This document shows, in pieces, positions 18,984 through 29,623 of a stretch of DNA of 64,000 bases (the stretch's first letter is position 1; every line of letters starts with the position of its first letter). The position numbers and the translations under genes are program-made. Under the pieces are notes generated by a model that was not told the DNA's origin, did no database searches, and worked only from the letters and a program-made list of their open reading frames with translations. Origin of the DNA: Hyphomicrobiales bacterium (GTDB lineage: Bacteria; Pseudomonadota; Alphaproteobacteria; Rhizobiales; JACESI01); NCBI GenBank assembly GCA_039973685.1, contig JBDWKL010000020.1:40459-104458 (forward strand), written 5' to 3'.

Positions 18984-20741
18984 ATGCGTAATCGACTTAA
19001 AAACCAATCAAGCAAAGGGCCTTCATTGCCAACCGCAACCACTTTTTCTGATCGGTTGAAACTGATGCAACTCAACATAGAGCATCAGGCCATCGGCTTG
19101 TATAAACTCGCGACCTATAACCCGCTGGGAAGATTGCGTCTTATGGGGTCGGCTGACAATGAGCTTTTTATCGCCCCGCAAGATATTTCAACCACTGATC
19201 CTACCCGCGCTTCAGATTTATATCAGGGCTATTATTCACTGTGTGGATACACAGTAAACTGCGGTGGGCAATCGCCTTTTGAAATACAAGGTCAGCCGAA
19301 AAAGTGGGAAGAGGCCTTGCACGAATTTAGCTGGCTCAAGCACTTACGAGCCGCAGAAACATCTGTCTCGCGCATACAAGCCCGCACATTGGTCGAAGAC
19401 TGGATAAGAGTTTACGGATCATTGCACAGCATGACGGCCAGCCCCCGCATCATGTCAAAACGGGTCATTGCATGGCTCAGCCATTCGCCTTTACTCCTTC
19501 AAGATTGCGACCATGAATTTTATCAACGGTTCATGCGTAGCCTTACAAAGCAAGTGCGTCTTCTTCGTTCCACCCATAATAAAACCCCTGCTGGCATGTC
19601 ACGTATGTATACAGGCATTGCTCTTGCCTATGCGTCGGTCTGCATGGGAAAAGATGAAAAAACCATCCATTCAGGGCTCAAACGACTTGATCATGAATTA
19701 ACCAGCCAAATTTTGCCAGACGGCGGTCATATTGGACGCAACCCGTCCAATTTGATTGTCATCATGTCCATGCTTATGCCCCTTCGCCAAGCCATCATAT
19801 CGCGCGACATTGTGCCAAGCGATGTCATGATTGCTGCCATTGATCGCATTATGCCGATGTTACGGTTTTTTCGTTTGGGCGATGGAACATTTGCGAAATT
19901 TAATGGCATGGGTCACACACCCATCGACCTTGTCAGCACCATGCTTGCCTTTGATGATGCAAAGGGTACGCCGGTACTCAATGCCAAACATTCAGGCTAT
20001 CAACGGCTAGAAGCAAACCGCACAATTGTGGTGATGGATACAGGCGAACTGCCGCCACAAAATGTTAGTGGTGAGATGCATGCTGGGTGCCTGTCTTTCG
20101 AACTTAGCGATGGAGCTGACCGGATGATTGTCAATTGCGGCTCAGCAGCCAACGTCAATATTCAAAACAATCAATCCCTTGCTGAGATCGCACGATCAAC
20201 TGCCGCACACTCGACCCTTTCAATCAACGAGGCATCATCAAGTCGCTTTTTACCAGAGCAAAAATACAACCACCTTTCAGGTGTGCCCATTCTCTCTGGC
20301 CCCAAAAAAGTCAAATGTGATCGCAAACTCCATCAAGACTATACAATGATCACCGCCAAACATGACGGCTATGTCTCTCATTTCAACGTGTGCCACCACC
20401 GCGAAATTCAGCTTGATACAACTGGCACAGTGCTGACCGGCCGCGACAAAATGTTGCATGGAAATGGCACTTCGATTTCGCCGGACAGCAAACATTCATT
20501 CCAATTGAGGTTTCATCTTGATTCCAATGTTGCAGCACACGCTGGTTCCGACAACACAATCGACCTCAAATTACCATCCGGCCAACGCTGGCTATTCACA
20601 TGTGAAAACCACCCTGTTGAATTAACAGACACCATCAATATTTCAGATATTTACGGCACCAAGCCCGCCTTCCAAATTCTAATGCAAGGCTCACTTGCCA
20701 AAACATCTATTTTAAATTGGACCTTCCAACGTCTTTCTTGA
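18984..20741 (+). CDS. heparinase II/III-like family protein (conserved, function unknown)
   Basis: 585-aa ORF between rsmB and purH, the position such proteins occupy in Rhizobiales as I recall. Internal ...ILPDGGHIGRNP... resembles the heparinase II/III C-terminal domain. Confidence 0.6.
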   Translation: MRNRLKNQSSKGPSLPTATTFSDRLKLMQLNIEHQAIGLYKLATYNPLGRLRLMGSADNELFIAPQDISTTDPTRASDLYQGYYSLCGYTVNCGGQSPFEIQGQPKKWEEALHEFSWLKHLRAAETSVSRIQARTLVEDWIRVYGSLHSMTASPRIMSKRVIAWLSHSPLLLQDCDHEFYQRFMRSLTKQVRLLRSTHNKTPAGMSRMYTGIALAYASVCMGKDEKTIHSGLKRLDHELTSQILPDGGHIGRNPSNLIVIMSMLMPLRQAIISRDIVPSDVMIAAIDRIMPMLRFFRLGDGTFAKFNGMGHTPIDLVSTMLAFDDAKGTPVLNAKHSGYQRLEANRTIVVMDTGELPPQNVSGEMHAGCLSFELSDGADRMIVNCGSAANVNIQNNQSLAEIARSTAAHSTLSINEASSSRFLPEQKYNHLSGVPILSGPKKVKCDRKLHQDYTMITAKHDGYVSHFNVCHHREIQLDTTGTVLTGRDKMLHGNGTSISPDSKHSFQLRFHLDSNVAAHAGSDNTIDLKLPSGQRWLFTCENHPVELTDTINISDIYGTKPAFQILMQGSLAKTSILNWTFQRLS

Positions 20742-20834
20742 TGAGAAGAAAAGTGGTATCCGCTCTCCAAACCTAAAAAACCTCTCGCCTGTTAGTGGCT
20801 GAGAACTAAAATCCAAAAAGAGGACCTCCCACCC

Positions 20835-22448
20835 ATGGCTGTATCTGCCATCACTTTTGATATTCCAAACATCGTACCTGCAAAACGCGCCTTGCTTTCT
20901 GTTTCAGACAAAACTGGCATTGTAGATTTCGCCAAAGCGCTTGTTGATGCAGGCATTGACCTCATTTCAACAGGCGGCACGCGCAAAGTAATCGAAGAGG
21001 CAGGTCTTCCCGTCTCCGATGTTTCCGACATTACGGGCTTTCCAGAAATTATGGATGGTCGAGTCAAAACGCTGCATCCATCAGTACATGGCGCGCTGCT
21101 TGGTGTTCGCGACCACGCTGACCACGCCAAGGCAATGGAAACGCACGGCATTGTTGGCATCGATCTTGTGGTGGTGAACCTTTACCCGTTTGAGGAAACT
21201 GTTGCTAAAGGTGCTGATTATTCATCCGCCATTGAAAACATCGATATTGGCGGTCCGGCCATGGTGCGCGCTTCTGCTAAGAACCATGCCTATGTGAGCA
21301 TCATCACCGACCCTTCAGATTATGACGCCGTGCTTGCAAATATTGCGGACCAAGGTGGCACAACATACGAGCAGCGCCAGAAATTGGCTGCCAAGGCCTT
21401 CGCGATGACCGCAAGCTATGACGCAAGCGTGTCTAACTGGTTTGCTGATGAGCTAACAATCGACATGCCAACAAAACGCGCCATCGGCGGTACGCTCGAT
21501 GCCGTGATGCGTTACGGTGAAAACCCGCACCAACAAGCAGGTTTTTACAAAACAGGCGAGCACCGTTTTGGCGTGGCAACAGCCACACAGCACCAAGGCA
21601 AGGCGCTATCATTCAACAACATCAATGATACGAACGCAGCCTTTGAACTGGTCGCAGAATTTGATCCTGAGCAGTCAGCAGCCATCGCGATCATCAAACA
21701 CGCAAATCCGTGCGGTGTGGCAGAAGGCGCAACACTGATTGATGCTTACAAACTTGCCCTTCGCTGTGATCCCGTTTCAGCCTTTGGCGGCATCGTTGCC
21801 ATGAACCAAACGCTTGATGCACAATCTGCAGAAGAGATCGTGAAAGTCTTCACCGAGGTGATTATCGCCCCTGATGCAACGGATGAAGCAAAAGCAATTG
21901 TTGCTGCGAAAAAGAACTTGCGCCTCCTCACCACTGGCGGACTACCAGATCGCCGTGCCAAAGCGTTGGATGTTCGCACTGTTGCAGGCGGATTGCTGGT
22001 ACAAGACAAAGACAACGGCGTCATCGACGACATTGACCTTAAAGTCGTGACCAAGCGCCAACCAACCGAGCAAGAAATGCAAGATTTGCGTTTTGCTTTT
22101 AAAATCGCAAAACACGTGAAATCAAACGCGATTGTTTACGTAAAAGACGGTGCAACTGTCGGCGTGGGTGCAGGACAAATGAGCCGTGTAGATTCGTCCC
22201 GTATTGCTGCCCGCAAGGCACAAGACGCGGCAGAAGCAGCGGGCTTATCTGAAAACCTTGCCATTGGCTCTGTTGTTGCGTCAGACGCTTTCTTCCCATT
22301 CGCGGATGGCCTACTGTCTGCCGCAGAAGCAGGTGCGACCGCCATTATTCAACCTGGTGGTTCCATGCGTGATGATGAAGTAATTGCCGCAGCTGATGAA
22401 GCAGGTCTTGCCATGGTATTCACCGGCATGCGTCACTTCAGGCACTAA
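20835..22448 (+). CDS. purH: bifunctional AICAR transformylase / IMP cyclohydrolase
   Basis: 537-aa ORF ...[16 protein letters not shown]...STGGT...KTLHP...[12 protein letters not shown]...FTGMRHFRH. Confidence 0.98.
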   Translation: MAVSAITFDIPNIVPAKRALLSVSDKTGIVDFAKALVDAGIDLISTGGTRKVIEEAGLPVSDVSDITGFPEIMDGRVKTLHPSVHGALLGVRDHADHAKAMETHGIVGIDLVVVNLYPFEETVAKGADYSSAIENIDIGGPAMVRASAKNHAYVSIITDPSDYDAVLANIADQGGTTYEQRQKLAAKAFAMTASYDASVSNWFADELTIDMPTKRAIGGTLDAVMRYGENPHQQAGFYKTGEHRFGVATATQHQGKALSFNNINDTNAAFELVAEFDPEQSAAIAIIKHANPCGVAEGATLIDAYKLALRCDPVSAFGGIVAMNQTLDAQSAEEIVKVFTEVIIAPDATDEAKAIVAAKKNLRLLTTGGLPDRRAKALDVRTVAGGLLVQDKDNGVIDDIDLKVVTKRQPTEQEMQDLRFAFKIAKHVKSNAIVYVKDGATVGVGAGQMSRVDSSRIAARKAQDAAEAAGLSENLAIGSVVASDAFFPFADGLLSAAEAGATAIIQPGGSMRDDEVIAAADEAGLAMVFTGMRHFRH

Positions 22449-22473
22449 GCTTTTATAGGTTAGCGAGAGTTTT

Positions 22474-22947
22474 ATGAGCGACATCAAAAAGACAGACACA
22501 TCAAACCTAACCATGCTGGGCGGTCAAACCGTCCAGCCACAAAGCCCAGATGAGGCCGTGTTGGAACGCGTGCCGAATAATAATGCGGGCACGGATTATG
22601 TGGTTCGCTTTGTGCAACCTGAGTTTACATCGTTGTGCCCGATGACAGGACAACCTGATTTCGCGCATTTGGTGCTTGATTATATTCCAGGCGAGTATTT
22701 GGTCGAATCTAAATCGCTCAAACTCTTCCTCACCTCATTCCGCAATCATGGTTCCTTCCATGAAGATTGCACCTTGTCAGTGGCCCAGCGCATTGTTGAT
22801 ACCATCAACCCTACATGGCTGCGCATTGGTGGCTATTGGTTCCCGCGCGGCGGCATGCCAATTGACGTTTTCTGGCAAACGGGCGAAGCACCAAAAGGCG
22901 TTTGGATACCGGATCAAGCAGTACCCGGTTATCGCGGTCGCGGTTAA
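22474..22947 (+). CDS. queF: NADPH-dependent 7-cyano-7-deazaguanine (preQ0) reductase
   Basis: [14 protein letters not shown] (catalytic Cys) and SFHEDC motifs. Its size matches the unimodular type I QueF. Confidence 0.95.
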   Translation: MSDIKKTDTSNLTMLGGQTVQPQSPDEAVLERVPNNNAGTDYVVRFVQPEFTSLCPMTGQPDFAHLVLDYIPGEYLVESKSLKLFLTSFRNHGSFHEDCTLSVAQRIVDTINPTWLRIGGYWFPRGGMPIDVFWQTGEAPKGVWIPDQAVPGYRGRG

Positions 22948-22957
22948 GCTCTCACAA

Positions 22958-24175
22958 TCATTCAGCTCGCTTGTCTTGTTTTTTAACAAGCGGCCACATG
23001 GCCCAAAGCCCAAACAATGGGCCGGGTACAAGCAGCAAGAACACATATTGAATGCCCATTGGCTCAATCATGTGGTTGATCAACTGAACGCTGACAATTG
23101 AAATCATATACCCAATGGCGTTGGCAACAGCGAGCGCACAGCCGACCAATTCTGGCGGCGCGAATTGTGCATTTAAAGTCGAATATTGCGGACTATCGCC
23201 TGAAATCAAAATACTCCAAACGATCAAAAATGGCAGGAATATTTCTTGAGGTGCGAGGAACATCAATGGAGAAATCAAACATCCAATGAGCGACCCAAAG
23301 AGTTGAAACGTTGCGACCCGCGCACTGCCAAACCGACGCACCAATACCCCGCCTATAACACAGCCAACAGCACCGACCCCTATCAGGATAAAGGTCCAAA
23401 GCGAGATACTTATGGTGAGCTCTGGTCTGGTCGCCACGTAGCCAACCAGCAGAACGGGAAAGAACGCCCAAGCCGCAAAAATTTCCCACATATGGCCGAA
23501 GTAACCGAAGCTAGAACTGCGAAACTTCGCTGAGGAAAATACTTTCCCCACCGCGCTAAAATCGAACTTTGAACCTTGCTTCAAATACGGACCATCGGGC
23601 ACAAAAGCTGCCATCAACACGCCACCGAAAGCCGCAAGTATCGCAACGCTGATAATAACCGTCTGCCAGTCCCATGATTGCCCCATTGCCCTCACAAGAT
23701 GCGGAGAAGCCGTGCCAAGTACCAGCGCGCCAATCATAAATCCAAGCGCAAGACCCAAATCTTGCTTAAACCAGCCAGAGGCGATTTTCATGCCGACGGG
23801 ATAAATGCCCGCCAGAAGAAATCCGACCAGAAAACGATTAGCCAAAAACAGCGAAAGACTTTCATCTATCAACACCGTTGATGCCGAAACCAACGCCCCA
23901 CCCAAACAACAAATGAGATAAATTGCGCGCGGTGAATAACGATCCGCCAAGGTCAAAACCGCAAAGCTCAATGTGCCTGCGATAAATCCTATTTGCACCG
24001 CCATCGTAATATGGCCAAGCGCTTCAGGAGCAAGGCCCCAGTCTTGTTCAAGGTCCGGCAAAATTGCATTGCCAGAAAACCATAACGACGTGCTCGCAAA
24101 TTGCGAGACCACAATGATAAACAGCAAAAAATTCAATCTCGGTGTCGCCACAGCATTCTCCCAAGTTCGGAGCAT
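22958..24175 (-). CDS. MFS transporter
   Basis: 405 aa with about 12 TM segments. Convergent with queF, with a 10-bp gap. Confidence 0.82.
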   Translation of the reverse strand: MLRTWENAVATPRLNFLLFIIVVSQFASTSLWFSGNAILPDLEQDWGLAPEALGHITMAVQIGFIAGTLSFAVLTLADRYSPRAIYLICCLGGALVSASTVLIDESLSLFLANRFLVGFLLAGIYPVGMKIASGWFKQDLGLALGFMIGALVLGTASPHLVRAMGQSWDWQTVIISVAILAAFGGVLMAAFVPDGPYLKQGSKFDFSAVGKVFSSAKFRSSSFGYFGHMWEIFAAWAFFPVLLVGYVATRPELTISISLWTFILIGVGAVGCVIGGVLVRRFGSARVATFQLFGSLIGCLISPLMFLAPQEIFLPFLIVWSILISGDSPQYSTLNAQFAPPELVGCALAVANAIGYMISIVSVQLINHMIEPMGIQYVFLLLVPGPLFGLWAMWPLVKKQDKRAE

Positions 24176-24318
24176 GGCCCTAATAGAAAATTGTTACAAT
24201 CACTGAAACTATAAGGAGCAATATTCGACTGTATTTAAGACAGAGCTATCCGAAAAACCTTGAAGTTCAACCAGATTGATGCACATAAACATGCAAGAAC
24301 AACCAATGGATAGATGGC

Positions 24319-25062
24319 ATGAGTGAGCAAGCGACCACTATTGATGATGCAGAAGTCGCCCGATTTTCTGCAATAGCGGCTGAATGGTGGAGCCCAACGG
24401 GCAAATTCCGCCCCTTGCATAAATTTAATCCGGTTCGCCTTTCCTATATCAAAGAGCGGGTCTGCCAACATTTCGAAATTGATGCGTCCAAACCAAAACC
24501 GTTCGAAGGTTTACGGATTTTGGATATTGGCTGTGGTGGCGGCTTGTTATGTGAACCAATGGCTCGTCTTGGCGCTGAGATTGTTGGTGCGGATGCTTCT
24601 GAGGTTAATATCGAAGTCGCAAAAATTCACGCAGAGCAAACAGGTGTTACAGTTGATTACCGCGCCACCACATCGGAAGACTTGGCGGCAGCGGGCGAGC
24701 AATTCGACATCATCTTAAACATGGAAGTGGTGGAACATGTCGCAGACGTGGACCTTTTCATGGCAAGTTGCTGCGAGATGGTAAAACCTGGCGGGCTGAT
24801 GTTTATGGCCACCATCAACCGAACGGCAAAAGCGCGGATGCTTGCGATCTTCATGGCAGAAAAAGTGCTGCGCTGGTTGCCTGTTGGTACCCACGAATTT
24901 GAAAAGCTTGTAAAGCCTGAAGAGCTGGAAGAAGCATTCGCCAAAGGCGGCATGTCGCTGCTTGATGAAAGCGGCGTCACCTATAATCCAATCCTTGATC
25001 GTTGGTCCAAATCAAAAGACATGGATGTCAATTACATGATGCTGGCAACCAAGCCTGCCTAA
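24319..25062 (+). CDS. ubiG: ubiquinone biosynthesis O-methyltransferase
   Basis: ...[19 protein letters not shown]...[20 protein letters not shown]... Confidence 0.93.
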   Translation: MSEQATTIDDAEVARFSAIAAEWWSPTGKFRPLHKFNPVRLSYIKERVCQHFEIDASKPKPFEGLRILDIGCGGGLLCEPMARLGAEIVGADASEVNIEVAKIHAEQTGVTVDYRATTSEDLAAAGEQFDIILNMEVVEHVADVDLFMASCCEMVKPGGLMFMATINRTAKARMLAIFMAEKVLRWLPVGTHEFEKLVKPEELEEAFAKGGMSLLDESGVTYNPILDRWSKSKDMDVNYMMLATKPA

Positions 25063-25084
25063 GCGCAGAACTTAAATTCAACGT

Positions 25085-25630
25085 TTAGTTATTGTCTTCT
25101 GGCAGGGCGGGCAAAGGCATGAAGTCCACGCCCTCATCAATCAGTTCTTGCGCCTCTTCAAAGGTCGCTTTGCCAAAAATACCGTGAGCATCTTCTTCAC
25201 CGTAGTGAATTTCGCGTGCTTTTTCGGCGAATTTATCGCCAACGTTGACGGCATTGTCTTCAACCCAAGTGCGTAGCTCACGCATTTTATCAATCACCGC
25301 TCGCATGGTGTCATCACCATGAACCAGAGGTTCTGGAATAGTCGCGGGAATGATATCAGCTTCAGTCACATTGGACGCAGGTGATGGAACGGGAACGGGT
25401 GCCGAAGCAGCAGCCTCGCCATCTGTATCTCCTGCTTCAGCGTCAACGGCTTCACCTTGCATTTTAGTGCCGGTAACCGAAGGCGCCATCAAAGTCTTCT
25501 CAACCTCATCAGTGCCACAGTAAGGACAGGTCACAAGGCCCATTTCCTTCTGCCTATCAAACGCAGCGGAACTGCCAAACCAACCATCAAAAAGATGGTC
25601 TTCACTGCATTTAAGGGCGTATTTAATCAC
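25085..25630 (-). CDS. DUF1178 family protein
   Basis: MIKYALKCSEDHLFDGWFGSSAAFDRQ...CPYCG zinc-ribbon-like N-terminus, characteristic of DUF1178. Confidence 0.72.
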   Translation of the reverse strand: MIKYALKCSEDHLFDGWFGSSAAFDRQKEMGLVTCPYCGTDEVEKTLMAPSVTGTKMQGEAVDAEAGDTDGEAAASAPVPVPSPASNVTEADIIPATIPEPLVHGDDTMRAVIDKMRELRTWVEDNAVNVGDKFAEKAREIHYGEEDAHGIFGKATFEEAQELIDEGVDFMPLPALPEDNN

Positions 25631-25635
25631 TGAGG

Positions 25636-26478
25636 TTACTTTTCTGAACTGTAAGAGACCGACGACGTATCAAATTCTCGCCCATGGGTCAAAACCGGAA
25701 TGCGTTTACGTGCTTTCACAACATCTTGCAAATCAATTTTCGCGATAATAAACCCCGGCTCATCATTCTCGCTATCAGCCAGAACAGTCCCCCAAGGGTC
25801 AACGATAATGCTGTGCCCGAAAGTTTTGCGACCATCTTCATGGGTGCCGCCTTGGGCCGCCGAGATCATGAAGCTCGCATTTTCAATCGCCCGCGAGCGC
25901 ATGAGAACATGCCAATGGGCTTGTCCTGTCTGCCGTGTGAAACAAGCAGGCGCCGTCAGTATATCCGCACCCGCCAAAGCTTGGCGACGGAACACTTCTG
26001 GAAAACGAACATCATAACAAATCGCAACACCGATTTTTGCGTCGGGTGTTTTCACGACAGGCGAGCTTACACCAGGTTCATAGGTGTTCGATTCCCGCCA
26101 ACGCTCACCATTGTCCAAATCCACATCAAACATATGGATTTTATCATAGGTCGTGACCAACCCACCATCAGGCCCAAAGACAAACGCCCGATTGGCAACC
26201 TTGCCATCAGCACGAAGAATCGCAAGAGAGCCAATGTGAAGTGTTATGCCAAGCTCTTCAGCCAAAGCACCAAACGCCTTCACACCTTCATCTTGCGGTT
26301 CCTCAACGATTTTTTCCATCAAAGGCGCGCGACCGGTTTCAACCAGATGGGTCATTTCCGGTGTTTGGATATAAGTCGCGCCATCCGCTGCAGCTGCCCG
26401 TATCAATTCAGACGCCGTTTCAATGTTCTCACCCACAGATCGGGTTGAACGCAGTTGGATACAAGCAGCTTTAAACAT
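25636..26478 (-). CDS. carbon-nitrogen hydrolase (nitrilase superfamily, Nit-like)
   Basis: E-K-C triad context is visible: ...IQTPEM..., ...YDKIHMF..., ...VAICYDVRFPE... Confidence 0.88.
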   Translation of the reverse strand: MFKAACIQLRSTRSVGENIETASELIRAAAADGATYIQTPEMTHLVETGRAPLMEKIVEEPQDEGVKAFGALAEELGITLHIGSLAILRADGKVANRAFVFGPDGGLVTTYDKIHMFDVDLDNGERWRESNTYEPGVSSPVVKTPDAKIGVAICYDVRFPEVFRRQALAGADILTAPACFTRQTGQAHWHVLMRSRAIENASFMISAAQGGTHEDGRKTFGHSIIVDPWGTVLADSENDEPGFIIAKIDLQDVVKARKRIPVLTHGREFDTSSVSYSSEK

Positions 26479-26483
26479 CGCCG

Positions 26484-26741
26484 TTAGGCAGACAAAAGCG
26501 GGTCAAGTTTGCCAGCGTCTTCCAAAGCATAAAGCTCATCACAACCACCCACATGGGTTTTGCCGATGAAGATTTGTGGGAAAGTTGATCCACCATTCGA
26601 TTTTTTGATCATTTCACTGCGCAGCGCTTGGTTCATTGTCGCGTCATGCTCTTTAAAACTTGCGCCTTTGTGCTTCAAAAGCTTTTTTGCAGCCGTACAG
26701 TAAGGGCAGAATTTCCGAGTGTAGATAATAACGTTTTGCAT
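26484..26741 (-). CDS. grxC: glutaredoxin 3
   Basis: MQNVIIYTRKFCPYCTAAKKLL...TFPQIFIGKTHVGGCDEL. I start at the internal ATG at 26741 rather than 26774. Confidence 0.93.
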   Translation of the reverse strand: MQNVIIYTRKFCPYCTAAKKLLKHKGASFKEHDATMNQALRSEMIKKSNGGSTFPQIFIGKTHVGGCDELYALEDAGKLDPLLSA

Positions 26742-26782
26742 TGGATTTCCTTTCCCAGCAATGGGGTAATTCATTCAGCTGC

Positions 26783-27559
26783 TTATATGAGATTTTTATC
26801 TGCATCTACAACCTTCGCAAAGGCAAGAACGTCCACATGGGCCGCCTGTTCACGAAGAAGTGCTCTAACACAGGCAGAAACCGTCGCGCCAGTGGTCACA
26901 ACATCATCAATCAACACCACCCGTTTGCCGTGCACATTAATCGTTTGTTCTGCTGGCACCTTAAAAGCACCTTCGACATTTCTATGTCGTTCATTGCGTT
27001 GAAGGCTTGTTTGCTGCCTTGTTTCTCTGATCCGCTCAATCGCTTGTAAAGCGCAAGGCACGCCAGAGAGATTACTAATTTCACGACTTAAAAGAGCTGC
27101 TTGATTAAACCGACGACTAATAAACCGGCTGCGATGCAGAGGAACGGGAATTAAAACATCAGCCTCTTCCAATAAAGCCGAACCCGCGCGCGCCATGAAG
27201 CCTGCCAAGGGCTTTGCCAAGTCGAGGCGGTCATGAAACTTCATAGACAGCGTCAGTTTTTGCGCTGTTCCATCATAGCGGCTGGCAACCCGCATCTTTC
27301 GGTAAAGCGGCGGGTCCGCGATTGCCTCAGCGCTTGTTATTGCTTCGCCCAAATCAAACGCAAGAGGGCTGCCCGTACGCTGGCAAACTGGACCATCAAT
27401 AAGCGGCAATTCAGCCCAACATGACGAACAAAGACCGCCCTGATTTGCGACCATGTCATCGCAAGAAAGACAACGCGGTGGTAAGACGAGATGAAACATC
27501 GCTTTCGCCATGTTTTTTGTATGCGCTGATAGGCTATGAAAATCGAAAATCTGGCTCAT
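26783..27559 (-). CDS. ComF-family phosphoribosyltransferase-domain protein
   Basis: N-terminal Cys pairs (PPRCLSC...LCSSCW) and C-terminal PRPP motif VVLIDDVVTTGATV. Confidence 0.8.
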   Translation of the reverse strand: MSQIFDFHSLSAHTKNMAKAMFHLVLPPRCLSCDDMVANQGGLCSSCWAELPLIDGPVCQRTGSPLAFDLGEAITSAEAIADPPLYRKMRVASRYDGTAQKLTLSMKFHDRLDLAKPLAGFMARAGSALLEEADVLIPVPLHRSRFISRRFNQAALLSREISNLSGVPCALQAIERIRETRQQTSLQRNERHRNVEGAFKVPAEQTINVHGKRVVLIDDVVTTGATVSACVRALLREQAAHVDVLAFAKVVDADKNLI

Positions 27560-27689
27560 CTAAGCTCAAGACCTATGTTTTGCTTGTATCTCACTCCGTC
27601 TTTCTTTATTTCAGCATCAAAACCGCGCTACGTCCAATTAAGATATCTTGACCGCCCGCAATCATTGCCTGCCATAAAAGGTACAACCA

Positions 27690-28559
27690 TTGGCAACACA
27701 GCAAAAACCACCAGTAATCGTCGACAAAACCGCTCTGCGCCGCAACCGAGAGCGTGCACACCTGATTGCGAAATCTGACGCCGACTTTCTTGTGCGTTAT
27801 GCAGCAGATGATCTCGCACTCAGACTATCGACGATTACCAAACCTTTGAAAAAGATCGCTGATCTTAATAATGCTGGTTCGGCAATTTTCGATGCCCTTC
27901 AAAAAACAGGGCCAGACACCGAAGTCATTCAAACAAAGTCATCGGCATTTGCGACATCAAATTCTATCGTTTGCGAAGATGATATTGTACCTTTTGCCAA
28001 TGCATCCTTTGATCTCATTGTCTCAGCACTCAATCTTCAATTTGTAGATGACCTACCTGGTACGCTCATTCAAATCAGACGGACCTTGCGCCCTGATGGG
28101 TTGTTCCTTGGCATGGTAATGGGTGGTTCGACCCTGCACGAACTACGACAATCTTTTCTCGTCGCTGAAGCAGAATTGACCGGTAGTGCAAATGCTCGGG
28201 TTCTTCCGTTTATTGATGTGAAAGACGCAGGCCACCTTCTCCAACGCGCAGGCTTTGCCCTCCCTGTCACCGACACTGAGCATTTAACCGTGCGCTATGA
28301 CCATCCGATGGATTTAATGCGTGATCTAAGAGCGATGGGGGCGACGAATTGTATTCATAGTCGACCAAAAACCTTCATGCGACGCGATGTTTTTGACCGT
28401 GCCGTTGAACACTACGTGGAAAATTATTCAGACACAGATGGCCGGATAAGAGCCACCTTTGAAATTATATCAATGTCTGGATGGGCACCACATGAGAGCC
28501 AGCAGAAACCTTTAAAACCAGGGTCCGCAAAAATTAGTCTTAAAGATGTACTTGGGTAA
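27690..28559 (+). CDS. class I SAM-dependent methyltransferase
   Basis: 289-aa ORF ...FDLIVSALNLQFVDDLPGTL...LRPDGLFLGMVMGG... (methyltransferase type 11-like). It sits in a conserved position divergent from comF. Confidence 0.72.
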   Translation: MATQQKPPVIVDKTALRRNRERAHLIAKSDADFLVRYAADDLALRLSTITKPLKKIADLNNAGSAIFDALQKTGPDTEVIQTKSSAFATSNSIVCEDDIVPFANASFDLIVSALNLQFVDDLPGTLIQIRRTLRPDGLFLGMVMGGSTLHELRQSFLVAEAELTGSANARVLPFIDVKDAGHLLQRAGFALPVTDTEHLTVRYDHPMDLMRDLRAMGATNCIHSRPKTFMRRDVFDRAVEHYVENYSDTDGRIRATFEIISMSGWAPHESQQKPLKPGSAKISLKDVLG

Positions 28560-28634
28560 TATTACGAACTGCAAAGGCAACAGCTCGTATCGAAATTTCT
28601 AATTGATGCAATAATTTAATCTAATTTGTTTCGT

Positions 28635-28805
28635 CTAAAATGAATTAGCTATTGAGGTGTAAATGCTTTCAACCTGCTCACCAGTCGAGCCAACAGAAGC
28701 GACGATCACCAAAGCAACTAAACTTGCAATAAGGGCATACTCTATTGCCGTGGCTCCACGGCGATCTAAAAAAAATTTCTCAAAAAATCTAATCGTTATA
28801 CTCAA
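28635..28805 (-). CDS. Flp/Fap-family type IVb pilin (56 aa), not in the ORF track
   Basis: My translation is (TTG)MSITIRFFEKFFLDRRGATAIEYALIASLVALVIVASVGSTGEQVESIYTSIANSF. It has the canonical G/ATAIEY prepilin motif, an AGGAA RBS 6 nt upstream of a TTG start, and a TAG stop at 28637..28635. Confidence 0.7.
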   Translation of the reverse strand: MSITIRFFEKFFLDRRGATAIEYALIASLVALVIVASVGSTGEQVESIYTSIANSF

Positions 28806-28830
28806 AACAAATTCCTAACTAATATGAAGG

Positions 28831-29112
28831 CTATTCCAGCCCCTTCGGAAGCTTGTAGACACGGTAAGTCTTTGTATCACCGTCAATTTGAACGTCTGTG
28901 GTCAATTCACCTTGCTTCTTAGATGTCGATGCAGTTGTCACGTAGTCGATTTCGACAGGCTTAAAGCCTTCACGCCAAGCAATAATCTGAGGTTTGAATT
29001 GATCGCCCAAAACAGCGACACCCGACACAACCATGATAGCCATTGCGCTAAGGAACAGCGCGTACTCAATGCTAGCACCGCCACGAACGGAACTTTCAAA
29101 CTTCTTCCACAT
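28831..29112 (-). CDS. Flp-like pilin with a C-terminal extension of about 55 aa (93 aa)
   Basis: MWKKFESSVRGGASIEYALFLSAMAIMVVSGVAVLG... (G/ASIEY motif plus hydrophobic helix), followed by a hydrophilic beta-looking tail. GAGGTAGGG RBS. Confidence 0.65.
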   Translation of the reverse strand: MWKKFESSVRGGASIEYALFLSAMAIMVVSGVAVLGDQFKPQIIAWREGFKPVEIDYVTTASTSKKQGELTTDVQIDGDTKTYRVYKLPKGLE

Positions 29113-29211
29113 AACCCTACCTCGATTTAACTAAGAGTTTAAGCATTTTGCCTTTTTTCGCTTAACAATTAGTTCACATGAGGAGATAAACTTATGCACA
29201 ACGATTAAAAA

Positions 29212-29613
29212 TCAAAGCAGAAGATCAATCAGTGGTGGAATTAGAGGTTCGTCAGCTGGTGGCATGTCAAAACTTCGTAGCTGATTGGCACGGACCCACT
29301 TAATTTCTTGGCCTTCTTTACCCCGTGGCTGCCCCCAAAACCGCCTACAAATATAAAGCGGCATCAGGAGGTGGAAATCCTCATAACCGTGGCTTGCAAA
29401 GGATAGTGGTGCCAAACAATCGACTTTGGTTTCAATGTCGAGCTCTTCTTTTAATTCACGCACAAGCGCTTCTTCAGGTCGCTCGCCAACCTCAAGCTTT
29501 CCACCTGGAAACTCCCAAAGACCCGCCATCGCTTTGCCTTCAGGACGTTTGGCAATCAGTACACGATTGTCCACATCAACAAGCGCGCAGGCCACAACAA
29601 GAGTGAGTTTCAT
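29212..29613 (-). CDS. mutT: 8-oxo-dGTP diphosphatase (Nudix hydrolase MutT)
   Basis: Nudix box GGKLEVGERPEEALVRELKEELDI. I start at MKLTLVVACALV (ATG 29613). The longer track ORF overlaps the upstream GNAT gene. Confidence 0.88.
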   Translation of the reverse strand: MKLTLVVACALVDVDNRVLIAKRPEGKAMAGLWEFPGGKLEVGERPEEALVRELKEELDIETKVDCLAPLSFASHGYEDFHLLMPLYICRRFWGQPRGKEGQEIKWVRANQLRSFDMPPADEPLIPPLIDLLL

Positions 29614-29623
29614 TGAAAATCCA

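Noticed and set aside
25684-26448. A 254-aa ORF on the plus strand, almost fully antisense to the nitrilase-family gene.
   Set aside because: The minus-strand product has a clear carbon-nitrogen hydrolase motif set. The antisense product (…RDNKPRLIILAISQNSPPRVNDNAVPESF…) has no recognisable motifs, no RBS that I could see, and an Arg/Ile/Phe-heavy composition typical of shadow ORFs. I treat it as a stop-free antisense frame.
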